A stretch of 64,000 nucleotides of DNA. Source: Ministeria vibrans ATCC 50519 (lineage: Eukaryota > Protista > Filasterea). The translations under genes and the position numbers were made by a program. The notes below the pieces were generated by a model. That model ran no database searches. It had not been told where the DNA came from and saw only the letters and a program-made list of their open reading frames with translations. Shown here one piece after another: positions 55,491 to 64,000 of the stretch (positions are counted from its first letter, which is position 1; every line of letters starts with the position of its first letter). The DNA lies in the NCBI GenBank assembly GCA_943704425.1, contig CALSCP010002781.1, positions 22,330 through 86,329 on the forward strand, read 5' to 3'.

Positions 55491-57457
55491 ATGACTTCGG
55501 TATTCTAAACAAAACTAAACAATAAATCCAAAAACACGGCAAGACTCACCCAACTGGCGCAGTTCGGAGGTACCATCACCTCTGTCGTGGTCTCTGATAT
55601 TCGTTTCCCCACCGCCAAGGGAGCACACGGCACTGACGCAATGGTAATGCGGTGTCTTCAAAACTATCCATCCTTTGTTTACTTTCGTATAGCACACAGA
55701 TCCAGACTACTCTGCGGCCTACGTTGAAATTGTGGTTGACTCGCATCCCAACGTGGTGGGACATGGGTTTACGTTCACTCTTGGACGCGGTACCGACATT
55801 GTTGTGCTGACAATCAAAGAATTGTCGAAATTGGTGGTGGGCCGTCGGATTGACGCGATCTTTTCGGCGTTTGGCAAGTACTGGCGCGAACTCACGAGCG
55901 AAAGCCAGTTGCGCTGGATTGGACCCGAGAAGGGCGTGGTGCACCTAGCAACGGCAGCCGTCGTCAATGGTTTGTGGGACCTGTGGGCCAAGCTTGAAGG
56001 AAAGCCGCTTTGGAAGGTACTAATTTAGTGCGTCTTTTTATCTTTATATGCAAAAGCCCCACCTCCTTGTGCCCACACGGACGTCTGTTTGTAGCTTCTG
56101 GTTGACATGCCCGCCGAACTGCTGGTGTCCACTATTGACTTTCGTTACATCACGGACGCCATCACACCCGAGGAAGCGATTGCAATGCTGAACGAAATGC
56201 GCACGTCGGCACCCAAACGCGAACAAGAGGTACCGCCACCAACCTAGGAAAAGGGCAGTTCTCTTTATTTTATTGTAGATTAAAGATGAGGGTTACCCGG
56301 CCTACACGACATCGTGTGGCTGGCTGGGCTACAGCGACGAGCTGATTCGCTCACTGTGCAAAACAGCACTGGGCGAAGGGTTCACGGCCTTCAAGATGAA
56401 GGTGGGCGCCGACCTGGACGATGACGTGCGCCGCTGTGCGGTGCTGCGCGAGGAGCTAGGCGACGACATGCTCTTCATGGTTGATGCTAATCAGCGCTGG
56501 GAGGTTCCGCAGGCCATTGAGCACATGAAAAAACTCGCAAGGTAAGAAGGAAGACGACACCTATTCTCGAGTTCAATATTAACGCTATAACCCTAATAAC
56601 CACAATGGAATTTCCAGATTCAACCCGTATTTTATTGAAGAGCCAACGTGTCCTGACGACATCGTGGGCCATGCACGGATTGCCCGCGCACTGGAGCCAC
56701 TCGGGATCAAAGTGGCAACGGGCGAGCACTGTCAGAACCGCATCATGTTCAAGCAGCTGCTGCAGCAACAGTCGCTCGCCGTGCTGCAGATTGACGCCTG
56801 CCGTGTGGGCGGTGTTAATGAGAACCTGGCAATTCTTTTGCTGGCCCGCAAGTTTAACACCCCAGTTTGGCCCCACGCTGGTGGAGTGGGCCTCTGTGAA
56901 CTTGTGCAACATCTCATAATGTTTGATTATATCGCGTAAGGAGAGAGCGAGACAGACTTTTCTGTTTGTTTTGTTCTAATCTCTCTCTCTCTCTCTATCA
57001 CTTTGTTTCTTTCTCTCTCTCTCTCTATCACTTTGTTTCTTTCTCTCTCTCTATCACTTTGTTTCTTTCTTTCTCTCTGTATCACTTTGCTTCTTTCTCT
57101 CTGTATCACTTTGCTTCTTTCTCTCTCTATCACTTTGTTTCTTCTCTCTCTATCACTTTGTTTGTTTCTCCCTCCCCTCTCTCTCTCTCTCTATTCTCTG
57201 GAACCTGTCACTCTTTATGCATATTTTTTTCTTTTCCTATCCTACGTCTTTTATTACATCTCTCGTCTTGCAGAGTGTCTGGCTCGAAGAACCGCTGTGA
57301 GTTTGTCGATCATCTTCATGAGCACTTTGTGAGTCCGACCGTTGTCGAGCACGGCTGCTACCAGTGCCCGCTGGCCCCTGGCTTCTCGTCCGAGATGAAG
57401 AGCGAATCTCGCGCTGCTTTTGCCTTTCCCAATGGTGTAATGTGGAAGAACCAATGA
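55491..57457 (+). CDS. ENOSF1: L-fuconate dehydratase (enolase superfamily, ENOSF1/rTS)
   Basis: DIRFPT...GTDAM|[65 protein letters not shown]. Confidence 0.95.
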
Positions 57458-57538
57458 AAACGGAAAGAGTTGCGTATATATTACTAATGATAGAACCAAT
57501 GAAATGTCGAGAGTTACGTATTTACGTATTGATGAATA

Positions 57539-58272
57539 TTACACAACAGTGACTGAAATGCGCGACATTGCAATCCCTTGCACCTGTTCTTCGCAATCGT
57601 CTGCTTCGTCTTGTGGTGGTTGCTGCTCGTCCGGGGGAGGGTGTGGGGTCCACCAGTAGACTGGATACTGGCGTGTGACATTGTTTACCAGCAGTGCGAC
57701 GGTGACCATGACTACAGCGCCGAGCAGCACCGGCGCGACAATGTAGAACCACGAGAGAGTGCGCAGTGCAGGTGCAGTGGCGATGAGGGCCGATGCGCCA
57801 CCGGGCGGGTGGAGAGTTCGGGTCAGCTGCATCACTGTGATGGCGATGGAGACACTTAGTGCGTTGGCAATCCACTGAGTCGACGCCGACGGAAGGATCT
57901 TGGCAACGCTGACGCCAACAAAGGCCGACAGCAAATGGCCACCTAGAGTGGAATGAGAAGAAGGGGGAGTTGGTTGGCAAGCGAGCCACAGCGTCCGTCT
58001 GTACCAATCACATTGCGCGGTTGTGCCAGAGGTGCCTCAATCGCCGCATACAAAAGGACCGCCGTTGCCCCAAACGACCCGATAAGAAAGACCGTCTCTT
58101 GACTTGCCCAGATAGTGTTCACATGCTGCTCCAGCACCGCCAGCGTTGCGATTGAGATGATGGACGCGACAAAGGTTGTCAGCAAAATCACAATTCGCCG
58201 CGGAGGCGGACGGCGCGTAGCCGAGCCACGCATCCTGCCCACATACTGCTTCAAACTCTCCATTATACCCAT
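57539..58272 (-). CDS. HPP-family integral membrane protein (includes nitrite transporters)
   Basis: GSFGATAVLLY...PLAQPRNVI|GGH...TLHPPGGASALIA, RQYPVYWW. Confidence 0.92.
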
Positions 58273-58436
58273 TGGAGCATATTCTTTGAGCAAAATGAAA
58301 AATAAAGATTATGAATAAGGAGAAGGGACTCAAAGTGGGAAGAGTGCGAAGTCAGCTGACATCACTCACATCCTCAATTTGACTCATCTTATTCACTTTG
58401 CGTGTTTGTTTTATTTCTTTTCTCACATTAATTTTG

Positions 58437-59558
58437 ATGAATCGAGTGCGCGACCACCTGCGAGCGTTGAGCAAGGGCGCGGAGGCAACGGAGAGCCTCG
58501 TCTTCGAGAGCATTTCGGACATTTTGGATGACAAGGCAACGGCGGCGCAGACGGGCGCGTTGCTTGCGCTGTTGGCAGCTCGTCCGCTCACTGTGGACAT
58601 TATCAGCGGCTGCCGCTTGGCGCTACGCGACCATGCCATTGCTGTTCCGGTGATTGGCACGGCGGAGGCGCCCGTGGTGGACATTGTGGGCACGGGAGGA
58701 GACGGACACGACACGATCAATGTCAGCACCACGGCAGGCATTGTGGCCGCCGCCTGTGGCCTGCGTGTCGCCAAACACGGCAACCGAGCAGCCAGCAGTG
58801 CATGTGGCAGTGCCGATGTGCTGGAACACCTTGGCGCGCGCCTGATGCTCTCGCCAAGCGAGGCAAAGCACGTCGTCGAGACAGCCAACTACTGCTTTCT
58901 CTTTGCACCCGCCTACCTGCCCTGCCTCAAACCTGTTGCTGCCATCAGACTAGAGTAGGGAAAGACACAAAAGGAGAGAAGGAGGGCAGTTTGCTGTGTG
59001 TATTGATGTGCTTGTGTGCCGTGTAGACTTGGCATTCGGACTGTGTTCAACGTGATTGGACCTCTCGTGAATCCGGCCACACCACAATTCTGTGTCGTTG
59101 GAGTGTACACGTCGTCGTTGGGTCCCTTGATGGCGACAGCACTGATTCGTGCGGGCGTCGAGCGTGGCATGGTTGTGTGTGGCGCAGAACAATTGGACGA
59201 GATTAGCATTGCGGGCGACACACACGTCTGGTCGTTTGACGTGCGCCAACATGGCGACACCGTCACTGCGTCCACCCTCTCCCCAGCCGACTTTGGCATT
59301 GATGCGTCACCATTGAGCTCTGTTGCGGGCGGTGATCGCGAAGAGAACGCGGCGACACTGCGAGCCATTCTAACGGGGACGGAACGCGGACCCAAGCGGG
59401 ACTTTGTGCTACTCAACGCTGCAGCGCTTCTGGTGGTGGCGGGCAAGGCCGAGTCGTACGAGGGTGCAGTGGGCCTGGCTCGCGCTGCCATTGACGACGG
59501 ACGTGCTGCGACCGTTCTTGAACAGTACATTCGACTGTCCAACCAACGTGAAAGTTAA
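58437..59558 (+). CDS. trpD: Anthranilate phosphoribosyltransferase
   Basis: DIVGTGGDG..TINVST, KHGNRAASS..GSADVLE, LGIRTVFNVIGPLVNP, LDEIS; one intron at about 58955-59026. Confidence 0.96.
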
Positions 59559-59745
59559 ATGTTTGTGACGAAAAAAATCATTCGTAGTGCGTTGCGTTAT
59601 TGTATTTCAAAAATAAATAATAATTAGTATGACTTTAAATAATAATAATAATAATTAGTATGACTTTAAATAATAATTATTATCATTTGTAATGCGTTGC
59701 GCTATTGTATTTCAAAAATAAATAGTATGACTTTTTGCTTTTTTA

Positions 59746-61326
59746 TTACACGGCAGATTCGAGTTTGTTTCGACTGACAATTTTTGCGCGAGAGGAACGG
59801 CGGACGGGGGCAGGGAGAGACACAGACGGAAGAGGGGTGGTAGTGGCACTGGACGGTGGCTGTGTGAGGGTGAGGAGACGACGGAGGCAGATGTCGTGTG
59901 CAGCGGAGGAGAGGACGGAGAGAGAGTCGGAGGAGGGCCCGGCGGCACTGGTGAGGGCCATACGGTGAAGACGGCGAAGGGGCGCCAGGGCTTTGGTGGT
60001 GCGGTCGCGCTTCTCCGGCGAGCTGAGGTGCTGCATGCCGTCGCGGATGATAGCAATGTCTTGCATGTAGGTACCCAGGTAAGGGACGGCCGGTTCGCTT
60101 GTATTACGCAGAAGATCACGCAGCGTCGCAAAGTTGCGCTGGAACGACACAACGGCACTGACTTCGCCATAGGCATCAAGGTACTTCTGGGGCACAAGGG
60201 CCCATGCACGCGGACACGCTGCCGACTCCATGGCGGCCACCAGGGCCACGGCAAGCGAGTAGTTGCGCACCTGGTGCGCACACAGCAGCACCCGCACAAA
60301 GAACTTGAGCAGCGACGCCCGTTCGCGCTCACTGGCCGCTCCTGCAAGCTCAGCCTTAGCCCACGTTGACAGTGTGTTGAACCGGTCAATGTAGGCCATG
60401 ACAGTGGGAGCTGCACTCCGTTTCGTATCTTCGTTGCTCCACTCGCCACTCTCCAGTTCATTCAACTGTGTGAAAAGCAAAAAAAACAAAACAAAAAATT
60501 AATTAGTGCATCAGAATGCATTTCGTTAGTGAGCACATACGTTGAGGTCACGAAAAATACATCGATCTTGGTTGGTGAGCACTGCGGTAATGTCGTTGGC
60601 ACTGCAGAGAAGCAGTTCGTGATTGGAGGAGGACGTTTTCTCGAGTGAGATGCGCTGTCCGTGTCGCATGGAGAGCGACGATGAGGGCGAGGTGAGCGAC
60701 GATGCTGCTGCTGCTGCTGCAGTTGATGATGATAATGATGATGTTGTGGTTGTTGTACTGGCTGGAGGTGGGGGCGAGAAGACGAACATACTGCGTCGAC
60801 GGCCCGGCGACTTCGCGTTGCTACGCGACGACGAGGACGCCGGCCGTCTCTGAGTTGCCTTGTCGCTCGTGTCCAGATCTTCGGCGGAACGGAACGATGA
60901 GGGTATCATCATGTTGAGCATGGAAGACGTGGTAGCAAAAGACCGTCTTGCAGTGGGTGCAGCGCGTTTGAATTTAGTTCGTTTGGTTGAGCGACTCGCT
61001 TCGACAAGTTCAGCGCTCTCTTCGCTCTCGATCTGTGCCTCCGCATCACTCCCCGGATCGTATTCGGCAACTAGAGAAGACTGTCGACGCACAATACGGC
61101 AGCGGGCAGGCCGAGATGCATCGTTGGGCGCTTCGTCTTCGCAAGATCTGAGAGATCAAAGTTGCAGAGAAGTCGTGAGAACAAAATGTCTTTTTTTAAA
61201 TAATAATGGCACGAGCAAAATCAAACGGCGAAAGAGAAAGAAAGACAGTGCGGATCAACATAACACTGCAAGACGGCAACAACAATGCACGCCAGTCACA
61301 CGGACGCTGAGGATTGCTTACTGCAT
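59746..61326 (-). CDS. RasGEF (CDC25 homology domain) protein
   Basis: ITAVLTNQD..IF, IDRFNTLSTW, RASLLKFF, RNYS, PAVPYLGTYMQD; putative micro first exon ATG CA|gtaagc at 61326. Confidence 0.85.
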
Positions 61327-61706
61327 AGTTTTAGAGTTTCGATTGTGAGATGAGAAGAAGAAAGAAAAATAGTGAAAAAAAGTTTGTTGGAAACTGCGCA
61401 AAAAATGTGATACTATCCGCATGTTTCTAGCGCGGAAGAGGCGTAAACTGTACTAATATGCGCCATTCAATGCAGCGACAGACGAGATAAAGTCGCCAGA
61501 GTCGCAGAAACAATCGAAAATTCAAAAATCGTACTCTTCGCGACGTCGCTTTCTCGTACGCCACGTCGCCTTCTCTTCGACTCGCGACCTCCTCGCAATT
61601 GTCGCACTAGCACGAACTCGAATGGGCTCCATATAAACCACAGCCAAAAAAGATCTAATTTGAAAATCCAAAAAATTGATCTTCAATCAAAAAGTTCAAA
61701 CTTTTC

Positions 61707-64000
61707 ATGAAAAAACTCTTCAAACGATCCAGCTCGTCAAAGGGCGCTACCGACGTCTACCAGGCGCTTCCAGCGACTGCAAATGCTGCGCTTAGCCCCA
61801 CGGCGGGCAGCTCTCTGGCTTACGACCACATCAATGTTCGTTTGAGACAAAGAACGAAAGAAAGACGACAAATAACTTCTTCTGGCCCTTCTCCGTCCAC
61901 ACCCACCACCCCCATGCCATCAAAACCTCCTATGTGCCCCTTTGAACTTCCTTCTCGCTGTGTTTTTTGACTTCTATCACTTTGATTTGTCGTTTTTTGT
62001 ATTCTTTTTTTTTTAAATTTCATCACTCAATCTGTGTCGGTTTTTGCACGCAGGAAAAGGACTTCCCTTCGAAGGTACACAGGTATGCCTACAGCGGGGA
62101 CGACGAAAAGCTCAAGGTATATAATGTGCAAACATAATTTTTTTTTGTTTCTTTGTTTTCTCTCCTCTCACAACGATAACCCGCTTTTACACACCTTGTT
62201 TCCTTTCCACTGTGCCTCCTGTGCACTTTGGTATAGAGCGCAATCAAGTCGAAGAAGTCGGCCGTGAACCAATCGGATTCTCAGGTAAAACATAACTGAA
62301 CTATACGAATTTAGATGTGACACACACACTCAAGCAGCGTATGAGGCCCACTTGGAATACATCGCAATCGCCATCACACACACACACATCGAAAACAAAC
62401 GCACATAATAGAGGATGCTACTCGCAAAAACAAAAAAACAATCAACACAAAACACATTCACCCTAACCTTAACTTTACGCCTAAAAGTTAACAGTCTCAT
62501 TTATTACACGTATTGCTTTTGCAGAAACGAACACCCCTTCACCTCGCCTGCTACAATGGTCACGAGAAAGCGGTCGATCGACTTCTTGCTGAGGGTGCCC
62601 TGAACTCCCAGGATTCTAGCTCGTACACACCCGCCATGCGAGCGGCACAGGTTCTACCCACCACCTCATTCCTCTCTAACTGTGCTCACATTTTATGCTA
62701 TTTGTCCCCCCTTTTTTTTTTTTTTTTTTTTTTTTTGCAAAGATGGGTCATGCTAACTGTATGCGCAAGGTGTGGGACCGTGGCATTGCGACTGCCGACG
62801 AAACCAATTCAGACAAACAGACGTGTGCGCATCTGGCGGTGCTTGGGCGTCACCAGGCGTGTCTGGACGAGTGCATCACTTTTGGCTGTGACCTCAACCT
62901 CGGCGATAAGGAAGGCTCCACACCTCTCATGGTGGCGACACAACTGCAACTGCGTGAATACGCCAGCGTGCTTTTGGCACACGCACCAGCACGTGTGAGC
63001 GTGGACGCCACAGACTCGTATGGACGCACGCCACTCATGGTAGCCGCCGAACGAGGCGACCTTGCCTTTGTCGAGCTGTTGCTCACCAAACAGGCTGATG
63101 TACGCCTGACCAACCGCGATGGTTGGTCGTCACTGGACTATGCGCGCATCAATTCACACCAGAGCTGCCTCAACATGCTGCAGTCGTACGTGCGCACCGG
63201 TGAAGTGCGCAGGGCTAGCATCACCAGTGCAACCTCCTCTGTCGCCAGTAGTCTCCCGCCCAACCCATGGGCTGACTCAAATCTCACTCAGCAGCAGCAA
63301 CAGCAGCAACGTCTACATCGTCTCGAACTACAAAACGAGTCGATTGGTGGCTTTGCGGCAATGCCCGCTAGTGCGGACGGAGACCACAACACGGCGTACG
63401 ACGAAGACTTCGACGGAGGCGACGACTCCTTCAAAATCAGCGAGGACGACGACGCCAAGAGTCGTGACGACGACGATGACGATGGCAACACCGCTGGGGA
63501 CCCCTTTGCGGACGACCCATTACCGCCCCGACGCTCGCTCAACAAGGCCAGGCTGACGTCGGCCGCAGTTGCAGCTGCCATCACCACCACTGTTACCCCA
63601 CCCACGTCGCCCACATTGCCTCCAAAGCCCCTGGAGTCCCTGCGCCGTCTTCATGATACAGCTTCCAAGGACGACAGTGGCGACTTTGACGATGGTAATC
63701 TTTTTGATGACTCGCCGCGCCAGAGCAAAGTCATTCATTCCTCTGACACTCGTCCAGTCTCGCTCATTGCCGCGATGAAAGCAGCTGAAGAGAGGAAAAA
63801 ACAACAACGGAAACAGGAACAACAAGAACAACAGGAACAAGAACAACAGGAACAAGAACCGCAGTTGGTGCCGACAGAGCATGAGGTTGTTGTGGACTAC
63901 ACAACGGAACACGACACGTCGCACCACGATGTGCCAGCCACATCCCTGGCGAAAGAAAATGGCAATGTAGACCATGACGATGCGGTATCGTCCAATTGGG
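61707..64000 (+). CDS. Ankyrin-repeat protein (ANKRD26-like N-terminus), runs off the window
   Basis: MKKLFK, KRTPLHLACYNGH, GSTPLMVA, GRTPLMVAA, GWSSLDYA, then an acidic low-complexity region. Confidence 0.8.

Overview
Very gene-dense, intron-rich eukaryotic DNA (short GT-AG introns filled with CT, CA and TAA microsatellites; four small N gaps). It most likely comes from a unicellular opisthokont: it has animal-type genes (ZCCHC14-like, ANKRD26-like, Hog domain) next to trpD, HPP and a Met30-type F-box protein, which animals lack. About 26 protein-coding genes were reconstructed by hand. Housekeeping genes: PDI, eIF2B-alpha, DHX8/Prp22, U1A/U2B'', DMC1, Sec16, NUBP1, ATAD2, kinesin-5, NUP93, BRF1, EMC3, ENOSF1, trpD. 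Notable items: (1) a hedgehog-type Hint plus sterol-recognition (Hog) module fused behind a fasciclin-like ectodomain; (2) a compact ZCCHC14/GLS-1-like SAM plus zinc-knuckle protein; (3) ATAD2 with three extra PHD fingers; (4) a membrane-anchored, motif-deviant SET protein; (5) two intron-containing genes resembling bacterial hypothetical proteins; (6) a GH2 gene whose halves are 10.5 kb apart with other genes between them (nested genes or, more likely, a microsatellite mis-join); (7) a dispersed intronic CTATCACTTTG repeat. No rRNA, tRNA, CRISPR array or transposon was recognised. All family calls come from recalled motifs, not database searches.
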